DNA of 64,000 nt, from the sequence record SRR20825006_492. One strand, given 5' to 3'. Made by a program: the position numbers and the translations under genes. The notes beneath the pieces are model-generated. The model was given only the letters and a program-made list of their open reading frames with translations, was not told the origin of the DNA and did not search any database. Below are positions 27,822-37,452 of the stretch, piece after piece; position 1 is the first letter of the stretch, and each line of letters begins with the position of its first letter.

Positions 27822-29201
27822 ATGAAGAAATATATCATTGGATCCTTATTAATTTTGGTAAGCTGTAAAACAACGCAGGTTGCTCAAAAAGAAGTTGTAG
27901 AAACTCCGAAAGCTTCTAGCTCAGCAGTTCAAGAGCTTGCAAGTAAATTCGAAACTTCACCCATCTTTTCTAAAACCATAACCGGTTTTGCTTTGTACGA
28001 TTCAGAAGTGGATTCAATTCTGTATGGCGTGAATGAAGATAAATATATGACGCCTGCATCGAACACTAAGTTGTTTACCTATTACGCTGGCTTGAATATG
28101 CTGGGCGATCGCATTCCTGCACTTTATTATATTATTAAAGGCGATTCGCTTATTTTTTGGGGAACAGGAGATCCTTCTTTTCTTCATCCCGACTTCGGCA
28201 CTTCAGATGTTTTCGATTTATTGAATGAATTTGAAGGTAATATTTACTTTTCGGATAGTAACTTTGCTGATGAACCTTTAGGACCCGGCTGGTCTTGGGG
28301 CGATTACGATTCTTATTATTCAGCAGAAAAAAGTCCACTTCCGATTTATGGGAATGTAGCTCGATTCACCTTAGAGCATATTGAGCAAGATCGTATTGCT
28401 GAAGAAAATGGCGAGTATTTAGTAAGCCCAAAGTTTTTCAGTGATTATGTGAAAAATGAAGGGTTGAATGAAGATGGACGACTATCTCTTTCTCGAGATA
28501 GAGTTGGCAATACTTACAACTATTCGTTTAAAAGTGATACTTCACGATATGAAGTAGATAAACCTTTCCATTATACTCCAGAGCTTGTTGTAGAACTTTT
28601 GGCTGATACGCTAAACAAGAAAGTAGAATACCTGAGTGAATTCAAAATGCCAGAAGAGTTTGAAACGCTTTACGGAATGGAATCAGATAGTTTGTATAAA
28701 AGAATGTTGCTACCAAGCGACAATCACGTTGCAGAGCAAATTATGATGATGATTTCTGGAACACTTGGTGGTGATCTGAATGTGAGAAAAGGCATCAATC
28801 ACGTAATTGAGAATTACATGTCTGATCTACCAGATTCTCCGAACTGGAGAGATGGTTCTGGGCTTTCACGCTATAATCTATTCACTCCACGTAGCGTAGT
28901 TGGACTTCTAAAAAAGATTGATGAGAAAGTGAATAACGATGAGTTACTATTCGATTCGTTACCACAAGGTGGAAAGCAAGGAACCATCCGTAGATTGTAT
29001 GCAGCACGTGATGGCGGTCCTGCATATGTGTTTGCTAAAACGGGGACTTTAAGTAATAACCATTGCTTGAGTGGTTTTGTGATTACAGAAAGCGGAAGAA
29101 AACTTCTTTTCAGCTTTATGAATAACAACTACGTTATCCCAACTAGAGAAGTACAAAGCCAAATGGAAGAGATTCTTTGGTTTATTCACACCAATTTCTA
29201 A
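27822..29201 (+). CDS. dacB: D-alanyl-D-alanine carboxypeptidase/endopeptidase (peptidase S13, PBP4 type), lipoprotein
   Basis: PASNTK (SxxK), SDN, DGSGLSRYN, AKTGTL; lipobox LVSC. Confidence 0.9.
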   Translation: MKKYIIGSLLILVSCKTTQVAQKEVVETPKASSSAVQELASKFETSPIFSKTITGFALYDSEVDSILYGVNEDKYMTPASNTKLFTYYAGLNMLGDRIPALYYIIKGDSLIFWGTGDPSFLHPDFGTSDVFDLLNEFEGNIYFSDSNFADEPLGPGWSWGDYDSYYSAEKSPLPIYGNVARFTLEHIEQDRIAEENGEYLVSPKFFSDYVKNEGLNEDGRLSLSRDRVGNTYNYSFKSDTSRYEVDKPFHYTPELVVELLADTLNKKVEYLSEFKMPEEFETLYGMESDSLYKRMLLPSDNHVAEQIMMMISGTLGGDLNVRKGINHVIENYMSDLPDSPNWRDGSGLSRYNLFTPRSVVGLLKKIDEKVNNDELLFDSLPQGGKQGTIRRLYAARDGGPAYVFAKTGTLSNNHCLSGFVITESGRKLLFSFMNNNYVIPTREVQSQMEEILWFIHTNF

Positions 29202-29492
29202 TCTAAGCTTAAACTACTTAAATAAAACCTGAGCCTCCTTTCAGAACAGCTAATCCTTATTCACAAATATTTTGAACGGTTCGTTTTTAAATGAGAGCTT
29301 ACGTCAATAGCTTCGATTTTAGCCCAAATTGTACCATTTATCTAACACTGCTGGAGTTTATATATGCGTAAGTAATTAATTGGATATTATTTATGTATTT
29401 ATTTATAACCTGTAGCTTATTTTAACGAATAAGATATCTATGAACGTTAATAATAAATTTAGATCAATATTACGTTAGCTGGGGTCTTTATT

Positions 29493-29678
29493 ATGACATT
29501 TTTTATAATGCTACAAAACACAAACAATGAAGCAAATGCTGAAAGTGCTTGCGCAGATTGTGAGATCACTAACACCTGTGTAGTTACATGTTTGCATAGG
29601 CCAAGTAATCCAATAACGCCGATTTGCGGTAATTATGGGAGCCAGCCTTGTAGTTGTGGCCCTATAGTATTCCAATAG
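29493..29678 (+). CDS. Small Cys-rich peptide (7 Cys); probable true start at 29440 separated by a 1-nt frameshift
   Basis: ...NNEANA-ESACADCEITNTCVVTCLHRPSNPITPICGNYGSQPCSCGPIVFQ. Stop lies 7 nt before the propeller gene; the frame stays open and hydrophobic upstream to 29463. Confidence 0.65.
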   Translation: MTFFIMLQNTNNEANAESACADCEITNTCVVTCLHRPSNPITPICGNYGSQPCSCGPIVFQ

Positions 29679-29685
29679 GGTATTT

Positions 29686-30759
29686 ATGCAGATATTAAAG
29701 AAAAAGAGACTATACTTCTTATCGCTTATTTTTATTTGTACAATGATTTCAGAAAGCAAAGCTCAGTTTTCTTTTGAAAAAATTAGTGATTACACAATTA
29801 AAATTGATGAAAATTTTATTCTCTCAAGTTTTCTTAAGGGAGTAATGGATAAGGAAGGGAATATTTTTTATTGTGATTTAACACGAATCTTAAAGTTTAA
29901 TAGCAACGGAGAGTTTCAAAAAGAAATTGCACCATCTGGAAGAGGGCCTGGTGAATTTCAAACACTTATTGATTGTAATGTAACAGAAAACTATTTAGTT
30001 GTACTGCCATTCAACGAGTTCAGGGCACTCTTCTTCAATAAGTCTGATATGTCTTACAGCCATGAATTTAGCTTGGAAAGTTTTAGAAGTAGAAAATTTG
30101 CAATAGCTGAAGACTCACTGCTTATAACTATTAATGATGTAAGCTATGGCCAGACTGATAAAGCATTATCAGTTTACGATATTGACGATAAGCAATTTTT
30201 AGGGGCGAATGTAGATACTCCAGAAATGGCTTATGTGGGTAATACATCAGAAGGGGGAGGATTGATTGCAAAGAGTACCGAAGTATTTTACTCGTATATC
30301 TCTTATCCAGGAATTTGGAGATATAACTTTAAAACAGGTGCCTCAAAGTATTATAACTCTGTTCCAGATTACTTTGAAGAATCTAATTTTAAAGAATTGG
30401 GATCTTTAAAAATCCCGAATGATCACAGATACTACAGAGGGTATATGTATAATAAATCTAGATCTGAGGGAATTTATTTTTTAGGTAAAGACAAAGTCGT
30501 GCAAATGATTGCGACAGGTAACCCATGGAAATCAGGATCTTTCAATAATTCTGAGGTTAAATACTATCTTGAAATTTGGGATACACAAGGAAACAAATTA
30601 GCGTCAAAGGTTCCAACCCCTAATAATCAGAGAATCGAATTTACACATGGCGATAATATTTACTTTAACACAGGTGAATTATTTGCTGAAGAAAGTGAGA
30701 GCCTTCCTGTGGGGAGTAAATTAAGTTTATTTGAAGTATATAAAATGATAGCTGACTAA
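29686..30759 (+). CDS. Exported 6-bladed beta-propeller protein
   Basis: Signal peptide; KFNSNGEFQKEIAPSGRGPGEFQ motif; repeated YD/WDxxG blade ends. Confidence 0.8.
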   Translation: MQILKKKRLYFLSLIFICTMISESKAQFSFEKISDYTIKIDENFILSSFLKGVMDKEGNIFYCDLTRILKFNSNGEFQKEIAPSGRGPGEFQTLIDCNVTENYLVVLPFNEFRALFFNKSDMSYSHEFSLESFRSRKFAIAEDSLLITINDVSYGQTDKALSVYDIDDKQFLGANVDTPEMAYVGNTSEGGGLIAKSTEVFYSYISYPGIWRYNFKTGASKYYNSVPDYFEESNFKELGSLKIPNDHRYYRGYMYNKSRSEGIYFLGKDKVVQMIATGNPWKSGSFNNSEVKYYLEIWDTQGNKLASKVPTPNNQRIEFTHGDNIYFNTGELFAEESESLPVGSKLSLFEVYKMIAD

Positions 30760-30964
30760 AGCAGATAGTTTAAGCATTTCAGTTTTTGAATTCGATTCAC
30801 CCCTGTAATAATTTTAGTTTACCTCATCCCCAATGATCTCTTAAGTCTGTGACTTAATGAGAAGTTGCACAGCAAGTTTGTAACTTGCATTACGAGCAAC
30901 AGTTTCTAAGCGATAGTACAGCCTGATATAACTCTATAGTTGTAAACTTAAAGAGTACTCGAGG

Positions 30965-30997
30965 AAAAAAAGCTCCAAGTATTAATTTGGAGCTTTT
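30965..30997. terminator. Bidirectional intrinsic terminator
   Basis: A-tract, GCTCCAAG-TATTAA-TTTGGAGC, TTTT between the convergent propeller and nhaC genes. Confidence 0.8.
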
Positions 30998-31006
30998 AGT
31001 GTTGAT

Positions 31007-32494
31007 TTAGTTTCTTTCTTCTGCAAGTTCAAGTCCGTCATTTTCAATTGCAGAGATGTCGTCTAATTTTCTAATTTTGATATCCATATAAGCAAAGAAG
31101 ATAGACATGAATGGGCTTATAAGATTAAAGAACGCAAATGGTAGATACGCCATAGTGTCTACCCCAAGTACTTTTGAATGATAAGCTCCGCAAGTGTTCC
31201 AAGGCACAAGCACAGAAGTTACCGTTCCTGAATCTTCTAAAGAACGACTTAAATTCTCAGGAGCGAGTCCTTTTTCTCTGTAAGTCTCGCCATACATACG
31301 GCCAGGAACTACAATTGCTAAATACTGATCTGAAGCTGTGATGTTGAAGAAAACACATGTTCCTACTGTTGAGGCGACTAACGATCCTGTAGAATTTACT
31401 ACTGAAATTACGGACTCAGCAATTCGCTTTAGCATTCCACTAGTTTCCATTACACCGCCAAAAATCATGGCAGAAATAATAAGCCAAACCGTACCTAACA
31501 TTCCGTACATCCCACTAGAACTCAGTAAATCATCTACAATGGGATTACCGGTAGCAATACTGATGTCACCGTAAAGTGCGAGCATTACACCAACGTATTT
31601 TGATTCCATAGATGACACAGTATAGCCTGAAACTTGATGCACAACGTCTGGTTGGAAAATCAATGCAAAAACACCACCCAATAAGGCGCCAACAGTAATT
31701 GCTGGGATTGCAGGAACTTTCTTCACAATCAAGAAAACTAGTATCGCAGGAACGATAAAGAGCCACCCGCTAATATTGAATTGACTTGAAATGGCGCTTA
31801 AAATTTCTTGCGTCTCTACGGCTTGTGAATTCCCACCGTTTATTAATCCTAAAATGAGAAATAAAACAAGAGCAATACTTATTGATGGAACTGTGGTATA
31901 GGCCATGTATCTAATGTGTGTAAAAAGGTCGGTGCCAGCCATAGCAGGTGCTAAGTTCGTAGTATCAGAAAGTGGAGACATCTTATCTCCAAAATACGCG
32001 CCCGAAATAATTGCTCCTGCAACCATTCCTTGCGACAAACCTAAAGCAGTACCAATTCCGATTAAAGCAATACCAACCGTTGCAGAAGTGGTCCATGATG
32101 AGCCCGTAGCTACAGACACAATTGCACAAACCGCACAAGCAGCAACTAAGAAAATGGTGGGGTTTAGAATTTGTAGCCCGTAATAAATCATGGCAGGGAC
32201 AATTCCACTGAGCAACCATGTACCTGCAAGCGAGCCAATCAGCAATAAAATAATCATTGAAGACATCGCTGAACTGATACTTTTTACAATACCCGTTCTA
32301 ATTTCAGGCCACTTAAAACCAAACTTATAAGCTACTAGCGAGGCAATGCCTGCAGAGAGCATAAGTATTATTTGATTGGAGCCTGAAAGAGCGTCGTCGC
32401 CAAAAACTCGAACATTGATGAAAAGGGCGACGATAAGAAATATGATAGGAATGAAGGACTGAAAAAGAGTCGGCTTTGCGTATTTATAGGTCAT
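31007..32494 (-). CDS. nhaC: Na+/H+ antiporter NhaC family
   Basis: TGSSWTT, GAYFGDKMSPLSDTTNLA, RSLEDSGT, LVPWNTCG. Confidence 0.92.
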   Translation of the reverse strand: MTYKYAKPTLFQSFIPIIFLIVALFINVRVFGDDALSGSNQIILMLSAGIASLVAYKFGFKWPEIRTGIVKSISSAMSSMIILLLIGSLAGTWLLSGIVPAMIYYGLQILNPTIFLVAACAVCAIVSVATGSSWTTSATVGIALIGIGTALGLSQGMVAGAIISGAYFGDKMSPLSDTTNLAPAMAGTDLFTHIRYMAYTTVPSISIALVLFLILGLINGGNSQAVETQEILSAISSQFNISGWLFIVPAILVFLIVKKVPAIPAITVGALLGGVFALIFQPDVVHQVSGYTVSSMESKYVGVMLALYGDISIATGNPIVDDLLSSSGMYGMLGTVWLIISAMIFGGVMETSGMLKRIAESVISVVNSTGSLVASTVGTCVFFNITASDQYLAIVVPGRMYGETYREKGLAPENLSRSLEDSGTVTSVLVPWNTCGAYHSKVLGVDTMAYLPFAFFNLISPFMSIFFAYMDIKIRKLDDISAIENDGLELAEERN

Positions 32495-32595
32495 TTGAGA
32501 CAGTTAGTTCACAGTTTTTAGCGCTCCAAGATAGTAATTAATTACTAAGTCGGCTATTTATTGAAAATTTGTTGGAATCTGCCTGCTTGCGTAGG

Positions 32596-33360
32596 CTAAA
32601 ATTTGAAATGTTGTTCATCAAGAACTTCTCTTTGTGTAGGATTATAACGGCGTTCTATAAACTCAACAGTTCCATCTGTATGTATTAGAAGCAAGGTAGA
32701 ACAACGAGTTCCATAACCATCCGTTTTTATAAAAACGGATGAAATAGCTTTTTCTAAATCAAAGGATAACCCTGTTTTAGGGAGTTTGTCATCTTCAGCT
32801 TTTGCTTCATTTTTCAGAATATCGAACAGTTCGTTGGTATCGATTCTATCTTGCTTGAGGAACTCATTAAGACCAGATTTAGCGAGTTCGAGCTTAGGCC
32901 AAGGCGTGTCTAGAAGAGCGTTACTAAGACCATGAATGCCTGAAGTAACCTCAATGATTTTGTCGGTTTGATTTGAGAAGTGGAATATGCCTTCTTCATC
33001 ATTAAGTAAAAGGTTAAAGCCATTATAGAGACTTGATTTTTTTTGAATATCCTTAAGGTATTGACGAGCAGATTGATCAGATTTTAAAAAATTTAGCGCC
33101 AAATCACCACGAGAGGGTGGGCTATCTTTTAATTGAGTAAGATCTCGAAAATTAGTTAACGCTGCCCATTTTCTATTTTTGTGAATCCCCATCCAAGTTC
33201 CAGCGGCCTCAAGATCTTTGCCCGCTAAGATGTCAGGATAACCTTCTTCAATCCAGTATTGAGCTTTTCTTGTAGGTCTTGCATAAAACTCATCTCGATT
33301 TGCAGCGAGAATAAGTGAATATTTGGGATGACTTTTATACGCGAAGGTAATTAAGCACAT
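32596..33360 (-). CDS. NRDE/TANGO2 family protein
   Basis: N-terminal MCLI, AANRDEF, GTWMG, SRG, YNGFNL, GLSNA, YGTRCST. Confidence 0.92.
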   Translation of the reverse strand: MCLITFAYKSHPKYSLILAANRDEFYARPTRKAQYWIEEGYPDILAGKDLEAAGTWMGIHKNRKWAALTNFRDLTQLKDSPPSRGDLALNFLKSDQSARQYLKDIQKKSSLYNGFNLLLNDEEGIFHFSNQTDKIIEVTSGIHGLSNALLDTPWPKLELAKSGLNEFLKQDRIDTNELFDILKNEAKAEDDKLPKTGLSFDLEKAISSVFIKTDGYGTRCSTLLLIHTDGTVEFIERRYNPTQREVLDEQHFKF

Positions 33361-33446
33361 AAAGCTTTTTAAAATTGGGTTTTATTATTCCCATGAATCT
33401 AAGCATATTCCTGCAACCATTTTCAGGCTTACCGTATAGACCGTTT

Positions 33447-36044
33447 ATGTTTTTGTCGCACGATCAACGCTTTAGGGATATTTTACTTCTTTGCTTAGGA
33501 TTTTTGGGTGCTTTCTGGTTCTACGCAGATTTCCAAAATCACTGGGTACCATCAACCATTAGTATAAAAATGGATGATGAAACTGCTTTAAATAAAGCCG
33601 ATTCCACATTAAGGAGTTGGAACTATCAACCTATTAGTTTACCAAAGGTTGTGAGCTCTATCACAACAGAAAATTACGTAGATTCATTGCAACGGAAATA
33701 TGGTAGTGCCACCTTAATAAAAAAGATAAGTGGTGAGGGTATAAGTGGGCCTAAGCTCCCTTATTTTAAAACTAATGTTTCAGTTTTTTCTACAGAAAGT
33801 AGAAGTGGAAGAGACTTGAGTATGGATTTTGCTGAAGATGGATCTATCGTGAATTTCTCCATATCATCTAAAATTATTAATGAGCAAACTCCTTTTAATC
33901 ACGTTTTGATGGCGAGCTCTTTTCAGCAAGGTGTAAAGGAAAAGCTTTCTGCGGATGCTATAGATTCTTTAATTGGAGGAATGGTTGATTACCAGCATAA
34001 TCACGAGAATTCTCAGAATTTTAGAAATATGAGAGATTTACTGATTCGAGTTAGAGAAGGAAGGCCAGGAGCTTTTCGTGAGTATTTAGGTTCTCGCAAT
34101 ATTTGGGATGGCGTGAATTACTATTTGGAGAATAGTTATTGGAAAAGATTCGAGTTTACGCAAGATACTTTGATATTTGATGAAGAAGATGGCTTCAAAA
34201 TTGCTCGCGCTTATTTAACAGCGAAAGTAGATGTTATGGGAGTTCTACCAAAGCTAAAAGTTGAAATTTTACCAGCAGGGAGTCTTCGGAAAATTGAAGC
34301 AAGTTATTTCCCTGTTACAAAAACTGAAAGGAAAAGTCTTTTTAATACTCAGATAGGTGTTTTAGGGCAAGTAATTATACTCTGTTTTGGTGTGTGGCTT
34401 TTGATTGTATTCTATCTAAGAATTAAAGCGAGAGCAATAGATACTAGACCCGCTTTAGTAGTAGCAGTGTTAGCGGGGTTTCTGGTTCCCGGTTTTATGG
34501 CATTGAGAATGTTGAACGAACTTGGGATTTCTGAACTTAATTCTAATGGTGTCCTTGCTAATCAGGTTTTCTTCTTAGGCATTATAGGAGCAGTAAGTTC
34601 AGTTGGGTTTTTTCTTATAACAGCCGTTAGCGATTCTATCACAAGGCAGTATTGGCCTGAGAAGTTGAAAACGTGGGACCTAGTTCGGCGAGGTATGTTT
34701 AACAACAAACCTGTTGGGTGGGCAATACTAAGAGGTCTATCAATCGGAGGAATTCTTGCTGGTATATATATCACACTCATAGAATTTACGCCCGATATCT
34801 TTCTTGATAGTACCATTCAATTTGTTAGTAGAGAATATCTGTTTGGTTCTATTGCGAACCAACTTATTCATGTTTGTTTAAGCTTATTAGTGATTGTTCC
34901 AACCTTTTTAATTCTTGCAAATCAAGTGTATGGTTTGTGGAACAAAAAATGGGTAATTCCTATTTTAACAGGTTTTTGTTCAATGCTATTAAACCCTATA
35001 ACGCTTTCAATTTTCCCTTCAGAAATGAGTTTGGGTGTTAGCTTTGTATTGGGTGTAATACTGGGTGTTTTCTATCTGAAATTTGATTTTGTAACCCTAG
35101 CTCTGGCGTATTTTATATTTCTGAATATTCTAAGTACAACCACAGGGTGGGCTATAACAAATTCACCCGATATCAACGTTTTTTATGTGTTTTTGCTAAT
35201 CTGTGTAAGTTTAGCGGGCTTTGGGTTATACTTTATTTATAAAGGGAATGAAAAGGATGAGCTTCCCGATTATATACCAGTATATATCGAAGAGCTTGCC
35301 AAAGAACAACGGGTACAGCAGGAGTTAGATATTGCTAGAATAGTTCAACAAACATTCTTGCCAAATACTACTCCCGAAATTACTGGCTTTGATACAGCGG
35401 CTATTTGTGACCCTGCAATGGAAGCGGGTGGAGATTATTACGACATCATTCGAATCGATGATTTTAAAGCTGGAGTAGCAATAGGTGACGTAAGTGGTAA
35501 AGGAATTCAAGCGGCATTTTATATGACGTTCATAAAAGGTGTTATACATAGTTTAAGTACTATTTTAACTTCTCCAAAAGAGTTGCTAGTGCAAGCTAAT
35601 CGGTTGTTTAACAGTAATGCAACTAGAGGCACTTTTATCTCTATGATATACGGAGTACTTAATTCCCAAGAAAATACTTTTACCTACGTTAGAGCGGGAC
35701 ATAACCCAATGCTCCATAAAAAAGCTAATGGACAGGTTTCTTGGCTTCAGCCTAAAGGCTTAGCGCTAGGAATGACAAGTGATGAACGATTTAAAATCGG
35801 CTGTGATGAAGTGACATTAAAGCTTGAAAAAGGCGATGTTTTGGTGCTTTATACCGATGGTGTAACCGAAGCTCAGAACAAAGAAGGAAAATTTTATGGC
35901 GAGGATCGGCTCTACAGAATATTGAAAAATGAAAAGACCCAAAATTCATCAGAACTTCTTAACTTCATAGTGAAGGATGTTAGAGTTTTTTATGGTGATG
36001 CCACGCAATACGATGACATGACTTTGGTCGTTATAAAGGCCTAA
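33447..36044 (+). CDS. Membrane-bound PP2C/SpoIIE-type phosphatase with extracytoplasmic and multi-TM domains
   Basis: C-terminal GGDYYD, IGDVSGKG, RAGHNP, LYTDGVTEA, DDMT. Likely start 33447 (ORF track 33375). Confidence 0.88.
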   Translation: MFLSHDQRFRDILLLCLGFLGAFWFYADFQNHWVPSTISIKMDDETALNKADSTLRSWNYQPISLPKVVSSITTENYVDSLQRKYGSATLIKKISGEGISGPKLPYFKTNVSVFSTESRSGRDLSMDFAEDGSIVNFSISSKIINEQTPFNHVLMASSFQQGVKEKLSADAIDSLIGGMVDYQHNHENSQNFRNMRDLLIRVREGRPGAFREYLGSRNIWDGVNYYLENSYWKRFEFTQDTLIFDEEDGFKIARAYLTAKVDVMGVLPKLKVEILPAGSLRKIEASYFPVTKTERKSLFNTQIGVLGQVIILCFGVWLLIVFYLRIKARAIDTRPALVVAVLAGFLVPGFMALRMLNELGISELNSNGVLANQVFFLGIIGAVSSVGFFLITAVSDSITRQYWPEKLKTWDLVRRGMFNNKPVGWAILRGLSIGGILAGIYITLIEFTPDIFLDSTIQFVSREYLFGSIANQLIHVCLSLLVIVPTFLILANQVYGLWNKKWVIPILTGFCSMLLNPITLSIFPSEMSLGVSFVLGVILGVFYLKFDFVTLALAYFIFLNILSTTTGWAITNSPDINVFYVFLLICVSLAGFGLYFIYKGNEKDELPDYIPVYIEELAKEQRVQQELDIARIVQQTFLPNTTPEITGFDTAAICDPAMEAGGDYYDIIRIDDFKAGVAIGDVSGKGIQAAFYMTFIKGVIHSLSTILTSPKELLVQANRLFNSNATRGTFISMIYGVLNSQENTFTYVRAGHNPMLHKKANGQVSWLQPKGLALGMTSDERFKIGCDEVTLKLEKGDVLVLYTDGVTEAQNKEGKFYGEDRLYRILKNEKTQNSSELLNFIVKDVRVFYGDATQYDDMTLVVIKA

Positions 36045-36066
36045 TTTATATTTTAGAAAAGTAATA

Positions 36067-36654
36067 ATGAGATTTTTAAATAAGACAGGGCTACTTTTTT
36101 CCTTAATATTTTTATTAGCTAGTGCCGCAAGTTGTGCTCAAGAGAAGAAGGAAAATAGCTCAAATGTAACAGATAAGAACAATGTAGCTTTAAATGGAGA
36201 GGTTGTTAATGACCCCTCTGGGATTAAATGGGTCGGGTTAGAAGAGGCTCAAAAACAAGCCAAAGTAACAGGCAAAAAGGTTCTTATTTTTGGTTATGCT
36301 GATTGGTGTACCTACTGTATGAAAATGCGTCGCGAAACGTATACCGACGAAAAAGTGAGAGAGCGTTTATACGAACAGTTTATACCTGTACAAGTTAATG
36401 CCGAAGCTGAGACAGAGCTGGTATTTAATGGCGAGAAATATAAATCGTGGGAATTTGCGCAGTATATGCGTTTAGCTTCATTCCCAACACATTACTTTTT
36501 AGGCTCTGATGGAGAAATTATTGGAGCTCAGCCTGGATTCTTACCATCAGAAGTGTTTGGACCGTTAATGGGCTACATCGGAACGGATCAATTTGGAAAA
36601 ATTGGTTTTGAAGAGTATTTAAAAGAAACTGAAAATACCATTATTAAGCAATAA
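36067..36654 (+). CDS. Exported thioredoxin-fold protein (SoxW-like)
   Basis: ADWCTYC (CxxC), FPT cis-Pro motif, signal peptide. Confidence 0.85.
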   Translation: MRFLNKTGLLFSLIFLLASAASCAQEKKENSSNVTDKNNVALNGEVVNDPSGIKWVGLEEAQKQAKVTGKKVLIFGYADWCTYCMKMRRETYTDEKVRERLYEQFIPVQVNAEAETELVFNGEKYKSWEFAQYMRLASFPTHYFLGSDGEIIGAQPGFLPSEVFGPLMGYIGTDQFGKIGFEEYLKETENTIIKQ

Positions 36655-37310
36655 TGAGTAGAACTCAGTCGGTTGAAGATTATTTAAAAGCAATCTACGT
36701 TCTTGAAACTGAAGGCAATCGTGCTACTACCACAAACATAGCGGAAGCACTTTCGGTTTCATCAGCTTCAGTAACAAATATGTTGAAGAGGTTAGCAACG
36801 CTAAAGCTGATTACTCATAAATCGTACCGAGGAGCAGAACTTACTGCCGCTGGCGAAAAAATTGCACTCGAAATTATTCGTCACCACCGATTACTAGAAC
36901 TGTACCTAAAAGAAATGCTCGGATACTCTTGGGATGAAGTGCACGATGAGGCTGAGAAACTAGAGCACCACATATCGGAACAGTTTGAAGATACGATTGC
37001 TGAGTTACTGAATCATCCTACTCACGATCCTCATGGCGACCCAATCCCATCAAAAGATGGAGTTGTGCCGAAAATGGCCTCTCTCGCGATAACAGATGCA
37101 GAGCTAGAAACGCCGTATTTAATTGGCAGAGTAAAAGATCAAGACCCAGAATTACTACGTTACCTCGAAAAAACAGGGATTATTCCTGGAGTAAAGGTAA
37201 GAGTAATTGAGAAAGCACCTTTTGATGGTCCAGTTAAAGTCAGTTTAGAAGAGAAAGAAAAAACAATTGGTTATAGTATTGCAAAACAAGTCTTCTTGGT
37301 AGAAAACTAA
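36654..37310 (+). CDS. DtxR/MntR-family metal-dependent regulator with FeoA-like domain
   Basis: EDYLKAIY, RHHRLLE, HDEAEKLEH, DPHGDPIP; TAATG overlap with the upstream gene. Confidence 0.93.
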   Translation: MSRTQSVEDYLKAIYVLETEGNRATTTNIAEALSVSSASVTNMLKRLATLKLITHKSYRGAELTAAGEKIALEIIRHHRLLELYLKEMLGYSWDEVHDEAEKLEHHISEQFEDTIAELLNHPTHDPHGDPIPSKDGVVPKMASLAITDAELETPYLIGRVKDQDPELLRYLEKTGIIPGVKVRVIEKAPFDGPVKVSLEEKEKTIGYSIAKQVFLVEN

Positions 37311-37402
37311 AAAAATCAAGATATTCCGAAAGGCGCGTCTTGTGAAATGCTTTGTATTACAAACCAACCTTGGCTTTAGAATTATACGTATTGGCTTATA
37401 AC

Positions 37403-37435
37403 AAAAAAGGCGACTCATATGAGCCGCCTTTTTTT
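37403..37435. terminator. Bidirectional intrinsic terminator
   Basis: A-tract, GGCGACTCA-TA-TGAGCCGCC, T-tract. Confidence 0.85.
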
Positions 37436-37452
37436 AATGAGTGATAGAATAT

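Noticed and set aside
29452-29462. AAATTTA as a programmed -1 frameshift site for the Cys-rich peptide
   Set aside because: Wrong phase for X_XXY_YYZ slippage, and a shift there would meet TAG at 29460-29462.
29202-31006. Peptide/propeller unit as an integron cassette or mobile element
   Set aside because: No integrase or transposase, and I could not identify attC boxes or target-site duplications.
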